This document shows, in pieces, positions 24,901-38,789 of a stretch of 64,000 nucleotides of DNA; the stretch's first letter is position 1; each line of letters opens with the position of its first letter. The stretch is taken from assembly GCF_006345805.1 (NCBI RefSeq), contig NC_042999.1, positions 107,322,001 through 107,386,000 of the forward strand, given 5' to 3'. The translations under genes were made by a program, and so were the position numbers. The notes beneath the pieces are model-generated. The model was not told the DNA's origin and made no database searches. It saw nothing but the letters and a program-made list of their open reading frames with translations. The DNA comes from Octopus sinensis. Its lineage: Eukaryota.

Positions 24901-25911
24901 TATATGGTTTGATACTATACAATAATGATTTCTAAGAATTTGTTTTAACTTTCATAGTTTAGCCAGAGAAAGAAAAGCAGTGCTTATAGCTTTCTCCCTA
25001 GTCTTCAAAATTATGGGTGTTAGTGGCGAGTGGGGGGGGGGTTCTCAGATCAGTAAGGTGGCCCAACCCAAATTTTAATACAGTGAACTCTACTAAATGC
25101 ACTCAAACGCCATATAGTGGTGATAAACTGGGTGACAAGTTACACTTACTACTAAAGAAAATAAATTGCTTTTACTAAATTTCACTCACAAAACTTTAGT
25201 TAACCCAAGACTCTGGTAGAAGACATTTACTTAAGGTGCAGCACATTGGTATTGTATCTCAAAAGTCATATACCTATAAATTAACTTCTTAACCAAACAG
25301 CCGGGCCTGAGCTCATAGGTCACGGCATTAAAGGTAGTAGAAGACATGACTTGATTAAATAAACACCAGTAATTCACTGATGCTTTTTCAGCAACGATTG
25401 AAGAATAAAACTCCAAGATAATCTCACTAAACACTGATTTCTGTGCAAAAAGGGACCCAACAAAATATCATTTAGATGCTACCATTTTGTCATCCATCTG
25501 TCTAAACTGTGAATACAGTGAAGCTACTAGGAATGAAGATGATTGATTTCCGTATAGGCCATTCCTTCTATGTGTATATAATGTGAATAGATGCTAAATA
25601 GTGAAGAAAATGTAGAAAGTAATTATTCAGAAGTGAGAAGTAGCTGCAGTTAAGCTAAATTAAGGAAGACTTAAGTTTAAATGACTTGATCAGATTTTAA
25701 AGTTATCCTGTCTTATGTTGTCAAAATACATGGAAAGATACCACTTTGTAAATCCATTCAGTTTTCTCAATGATAATGATAGTACTACACTGGGTTACAT
25801 TAAACCTTGTGTTTCTTACATAGAATTTCATACATATTTCTTACATATATAAAATATCAAAGGAAGAAAGTGAAACTGTAAAGCACTAATGCCTTTCTGA
25901 AATTAATAACA

Positions 25912-26365
25912 GGAAAATTTAACCGTTATGTAAACCTCCTCGAGGAATTTGAAGACACAGGCTGGAAAGCAGAACATTTTGCAATCGAAGTCAGATATAG
26001 AGGGTTCGTTGGACACAGTGTGAGAAGACTGTTGTTATCGCTAGGCCTAACTCATCGTAAAGTCAATACCACCATGACCGATATCCAATCTACAGTGGAG
26101 TAAGCTAGCCACTGGATTTGGTTAAAAAGAGACGATGAGTGATGGCTAGAAGGATATTGAGCTTAATTTGATAACCAGCTGATCTAGCAAGCAGAGCCTC
26201 ATATCAGTGAGGGGGGGGGCGGTGCACATTGATGCCATCGAGAGGTAGGCCCCGAAACAGTGCACATTCTCTCCTAATGACTCCATACACTTGCTGATTT
26301 CTGGTATACGGAGCTTTTGACTGGTAGTACTTGCATGTGCAAGTCGTTTGCAAGACATTTATGAA
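25912..26365 (+). mobile_element. HERO-like (RLE-endonuclease) non-LTR element 3' end
   Basis: Translation NRYVNLLEEFEDTGWKAEHFAIEVRYRGFVG...LG...*ASHWIWLKR resembles the recalled C-terminus KY..L..E....GW......EVG.RGF...AS.W.W.KR; one stop codon. Confidence 0.7.
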
Positions 26366-26769
26366 TAAAAGCAAACATTTAGAAGCTGACTAAACAACAT
26401 GGTGTTTATCCTTTTGATGTCAATCCACCTGAAGCCACTCACTAGTACTATGGTACAAGTTTCCTATTTTAAAGTGATCAGAATTAAAAACTTCCATCAA
26501 ATTTTCATATTGATATATATTTCAAACACCAGCTTGATAACAAAGTTATCTTAATATATAAATATTCTTACTAGAGATACAATCATTAACATATTTGTTA
26601 TTCCTCGTTACATATTAGTTATTAATCTTATCCAAAATAAAATGAACTTATTTACAGAGTGTTTAAAAGTATTATTATCACTTTTAAATTTAACCTGGAA
26701 ATGATTAGAATACTTACAGAATTTAATGTTGGCTGCTGTATCTTGGAGGCTGGCTTCAAATAGAACTAA

Positions 26770-27022
26770 GCTTTTCACTTTTGAAGGTGAACACTTATAA
26801 ATACAATATCAAAGATGATGTTAAGCTAGTTGAAAAATGTAATAAAATTAATGATAGGATAAAATGTTTAGTTAAAAAGGGAACTTTAAAGTATCACAAA
26901 GCCAACATTGCAAACAAACCCACCAATGTAATATCAACAAATATAAGTAATAGAATTAGGATGACTACAAAACTGCAAACATATGCAAATAGCAGTCTTG
27001 TCAAAGATTGGTTTAAGGACAT
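26770..27022 (+). mobile_element. Penelope-like RT N-terminal fragment
   Basis: TLKYHKANIANKPT and IRMTTKLQTYANSSLVKDWFKDI resemble PLE TLKDHK.NF and ..L.QW.N...VI.WFK motifs. Confidence 0.65.
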
Positions 27023-27039
27023 CATAATCATCCTCCTCA

Positions 27040-27245
27040 TCATCATTTAACATCCATTGTCCATGCTAGCATAAGTTGGATGGTTTGACTATGGCTGGTA
27101 AGCTGGAAGGCTGCACCAGATTTCAGTCTGATTTGGCATGGTTTTCTACGACTGGATGCCCTTCCTAACACCAACCACTCCGAGAGTGTGATGGGTGCTT
27201 TTGCATGCCACCAGCACAGGTGCCAGTTGTGTGATACCAGTATCA
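27040..27245 (-). mobile_element. RTE tail fragment
   Basis: Reverse complement of the tail motif. Confidence 0.75.
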
Positions 27246-27285
27246 GCCATAAAGGATAAATTTACTGCTAGCATCACATAATTTC

Positions 27286-27718
27286 ATTTTGTGAACAGCA
27301 CTAGAAGAAAAACGACCATCTTTGGTTTCAAGATGAAAGGTGTTCTTCCATCAGGATAATGCTCAGCCACATACAGCGAGGATAACATTCCAAAGGCTGG
27401 AACAGTTTGAATGGGAAACAATGCTCCATCCACCATATTTGCCGGATATTGCCCCATTTGATTATCATTTATTCTGCAGTCTTCCACATCTTTTGGACGG
27501 AAAAAATATGTATTCTGTAGATGAGGTCAGAACAGTACTGGAGGAGTATGTTTCATCATGGACAAGGGAATTTTGGAAGAGGGGCCTTAAAAGTCTACTA
27601 GATAGATGGAAGAGCATTGTAGAAAATGAAGGAGAGTATATTTTAGATGAAGAAAGAACTTCGTTTATCTTAATTTTTAAAGTATAAAAAAAGGTGCATT
27701 ATTTATGGGATGACCCAA
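27286..27718 (+). mobile_element. Mariner transposon 3' fragment
   Basis: HQDNAQPH and HPPYLPDIAPFDYHLF motifs; TIR-like end ATTTATGGGATGACCCAA followed by TA. Confidence 0.9.
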
Positions 27719-29594
27719 TATATATATGTGTATATATATATATATCTTCATATATATATATATGGATCTAGTGGTCTTGGCACTGGAGGTGAAGAGGATT
27801 TATTGCCCCACTAGCAATATAAACAAGAGTGAATTTTGCACCAAAAGCCAATATGAGAGTTTCTCTCGTGGTAACAACTGTAGTATAGCTTGTTCTAACA
27901 GAACATCCACATTGAAGTACAATAAATATTACCTCTGAGTATTAATACTACCTCTGTCACTAAAAGATACTTTTAACAAGCTCACTAGCTAATCACAATG
28001 AAACAAATGCCTGTTCTGGTGCTGTTATTCAATATATCACTGGTGGAGATGAACCACTGCTATCTCTAGTGGTCAAGAATCCAGCATTGACAAGACCAAG
28101 GAAATACGAAATCCTGTGATCTGATGGTCTCAGTGCTGGTGGGGATGGAGATTTATCTCCTTGCTTGTGATATAAACAAGAGTGCATTTTGTACCAAAAG
28201 CCAATATTTGAGTTTCTCTCATGGTATCTGCTATAACGAAGTATGTTCTCACAGAACATCCATTTAAATAAGTGGGGACAAATATTACCTCTCGGTGACT
28301 GCTCCTGTCACAAATAATTATATATCTGTGTGTGTCACCCAGTACACTCTGTTAAGTGGTTGACATTAAGAAGGGCATCCAGCCATAAAAACTATGCCAC
28401 AATAGACAGTTGGAGTTTGGACAGCTCCTTGCTAGCCTTCCCTATGTCAAACTATCCAACTTATGCCAGCATAGAAAGCAGACATTAAACAATGATGATG
28501 ATAATGATATAACGTGGTGCCCCAGCATGGCCAGTCGAGTGACTGAAACAAGTAAAAGATACATATATACACACACATATATGGTGGTTTTCTTCCAGTT
28601 TCCATCAACCAAATCTATCCACAAGGCTTTAGTAGGCCTAAAGCTATAGTAGAAGACACTTGCCCAAGGTACCATATTGTGGGACTGAACCCAAAGCCTT
28701 CACACGCATAGATATACAATATGCTGCTATACTATAGCCCTTTATGTGATAAATATTTTCTTAAACATGAATTATATTTTCTATTTAATTCTGGTCATTA
28801 TCTCCATTTTGTATCATCTGCCATAGTAGGAAAGAAAAATAAAAGGAAGTACAAAATCAATGGACCCAAAACCATTTAAAAATACAAACAGGCTGTAGTT
28901 TATGTTATTGAGACTCAGTGGAAAGATGGAAATAAAAATTCAAAAAAGGAGAAGAAATATTCAAGCAATTCTTGACAAGGTTCTCTTATTACTGTTTGTT
29001 TATTGCATTCATATTATATCGTAAAAAGAGATGATGAAGAGAGAAAATATTTTAAAAAATAGAAGCGTTAGTAGTTTATTATGTACTAGCATTGTTTCTT
29101 AGTTGTAAAGTTGTTGTACTTTGCATTGATACTGTTTGTTGTGGTTGTTGCGGTTTTTGGTTTCGTATAATTGCTGTTATTGTTGTTGTAGTCGATATAT
29201 TTTTGCGATTTTTGTTGCTTTTGTTCCTATTAATACTGGGATCACTATTATTGATTTAACTGTTATTGTCACTGTTACTGTTTGCTGATTTGTTACTTTT
29301 ATTGTTGTTATTGCAGCTACTGTTTCAACTACCATTAATGCTGCTGTTGTTGCTAATCTCATTGTTAATGTTGATGGTGGTGGTATTAGTATTACTGTTA
29401 CTGATATTACTATAAAACAAAGATTGTTGTAATTTTATTTCTATTGTTCCAACAATTCATCCCATTCTCTTTACCCTCATTACTGTTGCAATTACTCCCA
29501 CCACTAGTGGTACCATAAGTTTTTACATAAAGTTTTGTTGTTGATCCTATGATTATTGATTTTATGGTTACTGCTATAATTGCAGTTACTTGTA

Positions 29595-29826
29595 CAGGAT
29601 GGCCCAAAAGTCACAACGGTATTTAATAATTCATATACACTGTTTTAAATTTATGATAACCTAGCACCACATACACTATATGTGTATGTGTGTGTATATA
29701 TATATATACTGGAAATATATATACATTAGGAGTGAAAAGTCACATTTTGTGAATTACAAATACAAAAATATATCCGAAATAAATTTATTAAACTTTTAAA
29801 CCCCTCTGTGACTTTTGGGCCACCTG
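29595..29826. mobile_element. Tc1/mariner-type MITE (about 232 bp)
   Basis: TIRs CAGGATGGCCCAAAAGTCACA / TGTGACTTTTGGGCCACCTG; TA on the left flank. Confidence 0.75.
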
Positions 29827-29966
29827 GTATTAGTTCTTATTTTTGCTATCTTTGGTGTAAGTTTCCCCTCTCTATTTGTCCTTAAAATTTAATTAAGCAC
29901 CAAACTATGGAAAAATTACTATTTGTAAACCTCTCAATGAGAGATTTTCAGTAACTGTACTCTAGA

Positions 29967-30221
29967 GTAAAGATTGTTTACCAACATAACATGACAGTCC
30001 TGGTTTAGGACGAATGTTGCTGTAATTTAACCATAGGAGGCATCATTTCCAGCTGACTATACAACACGATCTATGTCCATATATATATTCTTTTTTTCTA
30101 TAAATATAAGGACATAGATCGTGTCGTATAGCCAGCTAGAGATGATGTCTCCTGGAGCTAAATTACAGCAACATTCGTCCTAAACCAGGACTGCCATGTT
30201 ATGTTGGCAAACAATCTTTAC
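29967..30221. repeat. Inverted repeat, about 113-bp arms, AT-rich loop
   Basis: GTAAAGATTGTTTACCAACATAACATG...GATCTATGTCC and its reverse complement. Confidence 0.85.
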
Positions 30222-30857
30222 CAAACAATGGGTTGAAACCAAAAGACAGTACATGATAACATTATATTTCTTATTGCTTTCTTATGCCCACCACCCACAT
30301 GATATAGATAAATAAAGTTATTTCAGTATGTGATTTCAGTCTAAATGCTTTACAGTATCTTTCAAAGTATCTTTCAAATCGACTTCACCCTTCTAACTGC
30401 TAAGATCATTAAAATACATGAAAAACAATGGATAACTGTCATACTTGACTATTCTTCTCAAGATCAATCACAGCTAACCATGCTGCCATTAACTATATTC
30501 ACTAAAATCCAAGAATATAAGATGCAGTAAATGTTAACAAAAATCAATTCAATAAGAAAACGATTCAACTGTGTTAGAGCACCACAAGAAGCAAAAAAAA
30601 ATATATCCCAATTTAAGCATAGCCTTTCATTGAAAAATCTTTTTCATCTAATGAAGGGATCTGCTTGAAAAGGAATAATATTTCTTCTCCTCTCTTTATT
30701 TGAGCATATCTGAATGTTAGCTCATTTTTTACCATTAAAATATTTTACTTCAGGGCAGGTACATTAATATGCTTGCCTTAATTTTCCTAGTCTCAAAAAA
30801 AAAGTATTGCCTTATGCTTGATCGGTTTACAATTTGGATGCTCATGCAATGGTAGAA

Positions 30858-31296
30858 TTATAAAACAAGGCAAGAATGTTTAAAATTTTAGAGAGAGAGA
30901 GGGAGAGATCACTGAAGAAATTATGGCAAAGTATGGGAACACATGGGTTATGAAACAGGGAAATAATATTGCAAGGATTTAAAGAATTACAATTTTTGCA
31001 AGTTATTTTAAGAATTTAAGAATTACAAATTTTTGAAAATCATTTTAAATCAAAATGTTAGTATTACAAGTTAAATAAATGAATGATGAGTGATTAAAAA
31101 CTAGAGAAATTTCTTAGCTTAGCTAGTCATTTTGTGTGATATAATAGAGTAAACAGCAGAGCTCATAATTCCTTAAATCCTGGCAATATTCTCTCCCTGT
31201 TTCATAACCCATGTGTTGCCATACTTTACAATGATTCTCTCAGCGATCTCTCCCTCTCTCTCTAAAATTCTTAAGCATTCTTGCCTTGTTTTATAA
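30858..31296. repeat. Foldback element, about 133-bp arms and 175-bp spacer
   Basis: TTATAAAACAAGGCAAGAATG... / ...CATTCTTGCCTTGTTTTATAA. Confidence 0.85.
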
Positions 31297-31864
31297 CTTG
31301 TGTCTTTCTCATTCTTGTTATGATTTCCCCCAGCGATAAAGTCTTTAAAGTCTCTTCCGTATCTCTCTGTCTCACTAGTGTCTTCTTACTGCTATTTCTA
31401 TTTCCTGAAGGGAAGCTGGCCATTGCAACCACCCATTCTTGCCCCCACCACCTGTACTGGAAATCTCTCCTCTTATATTAGAAACTCTTACAGGGCTCTG
31501 CCTCAGTTTTGTACCAGAAGACTTGCATATCTCTATCCTTCTCTCCCCCCACCACCACCACCAATCATCCACACTAATGCATGTGCCAAAAGAAGATGTA
31601 TTACAAATTAAATTAGCAATACACCTACCTCTATCTCTCTATATACAGTGGACTAACCAATAGCAGCTCATTTACTTACTTAGTTTAAACATTGACCTAT
31701 TTAATTTGCAGCATTAACACTTATATTTACAATGCTCATAACACTTATATTTACAATGCTTACATTACACTCACCCCTAATAGGGACAACAATTTTAGCA
31801 TGTTTGAATGATGGTAGGTTAAAGTGAGAACAACTGATGTGATATGTCTTATCAATGAAACTTT

Positions 31865-34800
31865 CTTTCCAGGTACTGAATACCATCTCTCCTTCCCATG
31901 TTCCATCCCACATCCCTTTCCCAGTTTTCAGAGCTGGCTCTGTCAATGTAGGTAGATTGGAATGTAGGTCTAGCGAGATTGTTGAGATGCTTGGATGGAA
32001 GTGTGTTGATGTATGCTGCATCCAAGAGGTAAGGTGGAGATGAGCTTCTACCAGGTTCGTCACAGACAAGACAGGTATAAAATCTTCTGGGAAAGTAACA
32101 GCAATGGGGTAAGTGGTATGGGCATACTTCTTGCAGAGAAATGGGTTGATAGTCATAGAGGTAGTCAGTGTGTGATAGAATATTTAAGCTCAGGCTAGTC
32201 TTGGATAATAGCTTAGCAACAGTTATCTCTGCCTATGCCCCACAAGCGGGCCTACCAAATGAACAGAAGGACCACTATTATGATATTCTTCTGCTGGCTA
32301 CCTCAAAGACGAGTGACAATAATCTCATCTTCGTGGTTGAGGATTTTAATGGACTTATTGGATGGCAGCCTAGTATCTTCCATGTTGTACATGGGGGCCA
32401 TGGAATTGGTTTCTGAAACAAAGGGAGAACAAGGCTACTGGAGTTCCATGAAGCAAATAACCTATTGATCTGCAGCACCAACTTCAGGAAGCCAGTCAGC
32501 CACCTGATGAAGAATGTCCCCCCAGCATAGACGAGTCATTAGTGACTTTAGACTCCAGGCCAGAAGGATGCCAAGAAGCAGACCAATCTGGAAAAGAAGG
32601 ATTTGGAGGCTTAGTACCATTCATATTATCAGAGATTTAGGGACAGCCTAATTGAGAAATTTGATGAGAGAGAGGAGGAGGAACTACAGACATCTGACAT
32701 AGAGGGCATGTGGGAATTCCTGTGGGACAGCTTGCTGAGTGCTTCAGACCAAATCGCAGCTTGCGCAAAGTCCTATCCAGACTTAGGATGATGGAACGAT
32801 TCTGTAGACAAGGCCATTAGAGCAAAGAAACAAGCCTGGAAGGCCTGGAAGAGTGAGAGTAGCAGGGAACTGTATCAGATAGCCAAAAGGGAAGCTAAGA
32901 GACAGGTATATCTAGCCAAAAGAGAGGAAGAAAAGAAATTTGCCAATGTTCAGCAACATGAGGGCCACAGTATTGAAGTGTTTTGGATTGCAAGACAGTG
33001 TGTGAGAAAAATTGTGATGTCATAGGAGAGAAATATGTCTGCACGGATGATAGCGTACTTGCATTTAATGATTCAGCAAAGAAAGAGGCTTGGAAATACC
33101 ATTATGAAAGACTGCTGAATGTGGAGAATGAATGGGAGAAGAGTCTACCAATGTTGACCCAACTGAAAGACCAGCTACCCAAATTGGCAGTACCTTGGTA
33201 GATAAAGGTATTAAGGATATGAATACAAGAAAAGCACCTGGTCTATCAGGAATCACTAAGGTGGTTAAAATATCAGGCAGTGTGGGTTATGGTCTTGTCC
33301 CCCATATTGTACATCAAGTGGTTCATGAAGGAGTCATACCCAATGACTGGTGTAGCAGGACCATAGTCAACTGTTACAAGGGTAAAGGTTATGTCTTAGA
33401 AATAATTACAGAGGTGTAACATTGTTGGATCAGGTAAGGAAAATAATGGAGAAGATCATAGCCCAACTAATAAGAGAGAGAGAGTTAGTCTAGATGAGAT
33501 GTGGCTTGATTTTGTGCCAGGAAGAAGCACCACTGGCGCTATATTTCTGGTAAGGCAGCTACAGGAGAAATATGTAGCCAAAGATAAACCTCTGTACTTA
33601 GAGAAAGCCTTTGACAGGGTCCCCCAATCCCTTATCTGGTGGTCAATGCAGAAACTAGGGATAGAGATAGATAGTGCTTGGTGAGAGCTGTACAAGCCAT
33701 GTATAGGGATGTTACCAGTAAGGTGAGGGTCGATAATAAGAACAGTGAAGAATTCAGGGTACAAGTAGGGGTTCACTGTGGATCGGGCCTCAGCCCCCCT
33801 CTTATTCATCATAGTTCTCCAGGCAATAACAGATTAATTTAAGACAGGCTGCCCCTGAAAACTCCTCTATGCTGGTGATCTTGTTCTTAGAGATGAATCA
33901 CTACCAGAACTAAAGAAGTTCCAGGTATGGAAGTGACGTCTAGAATTGAAGGTCCTTAGAGTTAACCTAGCAAAAACCAAAGTCTTAGTAAGTTGGAAGG
34001 CAGGCAAACCACAAATCCCTTCAAGTAGATGGTCCTGCTCAATCTGTAGAAAAGGCATAGGTAGAAACTCCATAAGAGGTACCCAGTGTAAGCTTTGGAT
34101 ACATAAGAAGTGCAGCAATATCAAAGGAAGGTTAACAGGGAAAATATCTTTTGTGTGTGGAAGATGCAGATACAGTAAGCACTGAGAATGTACAGGGGGT
34201 AAGCTAGAGGTAGTAGATAGTTTCCGTTATCTAGATGACCAAGTTAGTAGCAGAGGAGAATGCTCCGAGAGGGTAGCTGTGAGAATAAGATTAGACTAGG
34301 CAAAGTTCAGAGAGCTCCTACCTCTGCAGGAAACAAACAGCCTCTCTTTCAGAGTGAAAGGCAGATTGCATGATTCCTGTGTGTGAACAGCTATGCTAAA
34401 CAGCAGTGAAACAGTGGCTGTGATGGCCAAAGTCATGTGTAGGCTTGAAAAAATGAGGCTAGTACGCTTTGCTGAATGTGCAATGTCAGTGTGCATGTTC
34501 AACAGAAAGTAAACATCTTGAGAGAAAAGTTGGACATAAGAGGCATCAGCTGTGGTGTGCAAGAGAGATGAATGCGCTACTATGGTCATGTGATGCAGTG
34601 GACAAGGACAGTGGTGTAAAGAAGTGCCGATCTCTAACTGTAGAGGGAACCTGTGGTACAGGTAGACCCAGGAAGACATGAGACAAGATGGTGAAGCGTA
34701 GTCTTCAAAGTTTGGGCCTCACAGAGGCAATGACTAGTAACTGAGACCAAGACCGAGACATGGTGTCATGTAACTGGCACATAAAAAGCATCTTTCGAGC

Positions 34801-35115
34801 TTTGGGCCTCACCAAGACAATGACCAAGACCTTTAGTATTTTGTCATGTTTGAGAAGACCTATCAAGCCAAGTAAAATCACAGTTGTGACAGATACTGGT
34901 GTCACACAAATGGCACCCATGGCAATGGCATGTAAAAGCATCCATTACACTCTTGGAGTGGTTGGCATTAGGAAGGGCATCCAGCCATAGAAATCTTGCC
35001 AAATCAGACTGGAGTCTGGTGTAGCCTTCCAGCTTGCCAGCCCTGGTCAAACCATCCAACCCATGCCACCATAGACAACAGACACTAAATGATGGTGGTG
35101 ATGATGATGATGATG
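31865..35115 (+). mobile_element. RTE LINE, older and multiply disrupted, with APE and RT
   Basis: APE motifs (GSVNVG, DVCCIQEVRWR, SAYAPQ), RT motifs, PHD, (GAT)n tail; many stops and frameshifts; clearly homologous to 4099-7245. Confidence 0.9.
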
Positions 35116-36335
35116 AACAGTTCCAATAAAATTGTCTAAAGTTGACAAAAACTTTAAAGAAAAACAGAAAGTTACAAATTATCTTAGTCATAATGGTATT
35201 TAAAATAAGAGAAAAGTCATAGTTTTTGAAGGCCCTTATAGATTGAGAATGTATATAATTAAGTGATGTTAAAACAGCTATGTGATTTGAACTCTTCCAG
35301 AAGTCAGAAGGAAATATATGTGAAACATTGTAATCAATTCCAGTCATTCAAACCATTTTTAAACAGCATTCTTTTATGGGAAGAAATCATTACTCTGTCA
35401 CAGACTGAACAGATAATTCAGCAGGGAGCATAAAAGAGTAGACATAATGTTTGTACTATCTAGTTTGGTGCCCCATATTTCTAAACTGAAACCTTGCAAT
35501 AGTCTTTACTTTCTTTTTCATCTCTCTAAATGTTGATAAAACAGAGTACCAACAACATTATATGGTTAAATCATTTTATTTATCCTTGCTTTTCATTCTC
35601 AAAAGGCTTGTCCTGAAGAAAGACATTATGTGTTGAACTGTCGGAGAATCTAGCACATCAGTTGAGTAGATAATGGGGTGAACTTATAACAGCCAGTTTA
35701 TGATTTCATCTTTGAATATCTGTCATTCATGTACCACTCTATAAAAATGAACGGCTATAACTTTTCTTGATCAATAAGACATTTGTTTATTCTGTTTTAT
35801 AGTTGTTCTATCTGTTATTGAACTGCAGAGTAGATTTCATCAGCTTTTGATTTGCTTGCTACAATTTTGTGTTCTTTTGTATCAAAGAACCCAAACTTGG
35901 TTCTCTTCTATTAATGTCAAGTCACATTTTACATCAGTCTAAATAGTTCAAAAGGGATCAACTTAATGAGAAGGTCGGTGGAATCTAGTTAATATCTCGT
36001 ATCATTTTGGCAAACCAAAGATGGTAAATCTCCTTAAGTGTTATGAGAAAAGGAAAATTAAATACACTAAGATTGAATGCATCTTTATTTATATAATCCA
36101 ACAAAATATAAATTGTTACCTATATGTCATTATCATCACTGACATCATTTTAAAATCTGTTATTCCAAGGTGCTTTCAAGTTGTTTAGTTCTGTAACACA
36201 GTATCATTCCATTTTACTTGATCCTGCATTATGTCATAGTTAAAGTCTAACATTCTTAGATTTGACCTAGATAAGTTCATCTAAGCTTTATTTCTGCTCA
36301 CAGCATATTCTCACCCTATAATACATACATAGATG

Positions 36336-36550
36336 TAAGGCGGTGAGCTGGCAGAAATGTTAGCATGCCGGGTGAAATGCTTAGTGGTATTTTGTCTGTC
36401 TTTATGTTCTGAGTTTGAATTCTGCTGAGGTCGACTTTACCTTTCATTCTTTCAGGGTCGATAAATTAAGTACCAGTTGCATACTGGGGGTGATCTAATC
36501 GACTGGCCCTCTCTCCCAAAATTCCGGGCCTTGTGCCTAGAGTAGAAAAG
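36336..36550 (+). mobile_element. SINE family A copy
   Basis: GGCGGTGAGCTGGCAGAAATGTTAGC head; GGTCGACTTTACCTTTCATTCTTTCAGGGTCGATAAATTAAGTACCAG core. Confidence 0.8.
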
Positions 36551-37039
36551 AATTCATATATTCGTGTGTGTGTGTGTGTGTGTGTGCACATGCGTACATG
36601 TGTGTCTGTGCATGCATGTGTGTGCAACAAAATCTCCTAAAACTATAAACACCCTCAAAAAGTATATCTGTTACTAGAACTAGAATCTCAATGAATGAAA
36701 ATCAAGCACTATCAAAGCATGGTAATAATATGGCAACAAAACCTCCATAAAATATAAAACTCCCTAAACAACTTTAACTCTTACCAGAATAAGAACCTCA
36801 AGGAAGGACAACTCTTTAATAATGAGAACACAAGAAACAAAAGATTTGCTGCCATCAGCACATACAAATAAACAAGCACATCAAATATATAAATCAAATA
36901 TATACATTGCCCTTCCATCTGGCTGTGTCAGCAGCATCACAAGCATAAATGCTGAAATGCTGCCTGAGAATAAATAGACTAGAAAAAGGGGCCAAATATT
37001 AGCACTATGTATTCATCATGTCTACACCTATTTATTCTT

Positions 37040-37770
37040 TTACTTGCTTCAGTCATTTGACTGTAGCCAAGTTAGAGCACTACCTTAAAGAGTTTTTAGT
37101 TAAAGAAATTGATCCATGACTTATTCTTTGTGAGTCTAGTACTTATTCTATTGGTCTCTTTTCCTGAACCGTTCAGTTATGGGAACATAAACACACCAGC
37201 ATCAGCTGTCAAACAATGGCAAGGGGACAAACACAAATACACACACACACAAATACATACATGCATATATATATATATATATGCATATATACATATGTAT
37301 ATGTACATACTTACATCTATACATATATATATATGCATATGTGGGCACAGGATGTCATGAAGTGTATACAATAAAAAAAATACGAAGTACATGGAACATG
37401 AACTATTTTTTTAACAACAAAAGACACAAATGGAAAACAAAACAAACAACATAAAGAACGACCCTTCATCAGTTGTTGGCCATTTTTCTATTTTTGTATT
37501 TCGAGCATTTAACAACAATATATGCTTTCAATAAAACAGTTGCTCCCATAAAGCAAAGTAAATAAAATTTGGGATTTTGTGGAAGGTCAAATTTGGTAAC
37601 ACAAACAGGATAGTGAATACAAACAGGAAGGGCTGCTAAGCCTAAACGAGGTTGTGATGGTGAATAACAGGCTTCTTTCAGTTTCTATCAATCAAATCCA
37701 CTCACAAGGCTTTGGTTAACCCAAGGCTATAGTAGAAGACATTTGACCAAGGTGCCACACAATGGGACTG
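37040..37770 (-). mobile_element. SINE family B interrupted by an about 330-bp insert
   Basis: Tail half 37040-37250, head half 37665-37770, insert within the internal microsatellite. Confidence 0.7.
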
Positions 37771-38092
37771 AACCTAGAACTATGTGGTTGGGAAGCAAGC
37801 ATCTTACCATACAGTCACACCAATGCCTTAGAGTTACAAAGCACAAATAACAAATTTCAAATATAAATCATTTAATATTTATTGCTACCAAGCATAGAAA
37901 TTAAAAATTAAGTATTTAAAACAGTAATTTCACCAAAACATACACTACCATCTACAGAACTATAGAACTTGAAAACTATAAAATGTTAAAACCAACTAGC
38001 AAACTAGACATAATAAACAGAAGTTATTAAATATAATCAGAACAATGTAGTATAGCATGAACTTTCAATCATTGTCACAATCTTTTCAAATA

Positions 38093-38484
38093 GGCGTAGG
38101 AGTGGGTATGTGGTAAGTAGCTTGCTTACGAACCACATGGTTCTGGGTTCAATCCCACTGCGTGGCACCTTGGGCAAGTGTCTTCTACTATAGCTTCGGG
38201 CCAACCAAAGCCTTGTGAGTGGATTTGGTAGACGGAAACTGAAAGAAGCCCATCGTATATATGTATGTATATATGTATATATGTCTGGCACCTGTGTCGG
38301 TGGCACATAAAATCACCCACTACACTCTCAGAGTGGTTGGCATTAGGAAGGGCATCCAGCTGTAGAAACACTGCCAAATCTGACTGGTCTGGTGCAGCCT
38401 TCGGGCTTCCCAGACCCCAGTTGAACCGTCCAACCCATGCTAGCATGGAAAGCGGACGTTAAACGATGATGATGATGATGATGA

Positions 38485-38523
<39 letters not shown>

Positions 38524-38720
38524 TTGTGTGTCTGTGTTTGTCCCCCAACATCACTTGACAACTGATGCTGGTGTGTTTACGTCCCTGTAACTTTGCAGTT
38601 CGGCAAAAGAGATTGATAGAATAAGTACTAGGCTTATAAAGAATAAGTCCTGGGGTCAATTTGCTCAACTAAAGGCGATGCTCCAGCATGGCCACAGTCA
38701 AATGACAAACAAGTAAAAGA
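38093..38720 (+). mobile_element. SINE family B with nested RTE tail (38283-38487)
   Basis: SINE head and tail flank an RTE tail with 7 differences in about 185 bp from 7037-7220. Confidence 0.85.
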
Positions 38721-38789
38721 ATTTTTAAAAAAAGTAAATAACTGCATCATTTCACGTGGAATTTTTGGTTCTCGGAACTTGTCTTGTAA

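Noticed and set aside
35600-35950. Degenerate coding-like minus-strand stretch
   Set aside because: Multiple stops; cannot be assigned
36785-36965. Minus-strand AG...GTAAGA exon-like interval
   Set aside because: Stops in all frames; such signals arise by chance in AT-rich DNA
37455-37510. CTGATGA with upstream GAAA on the minus strand
   Set aside because: Stems do not pair for any hammerhead topology
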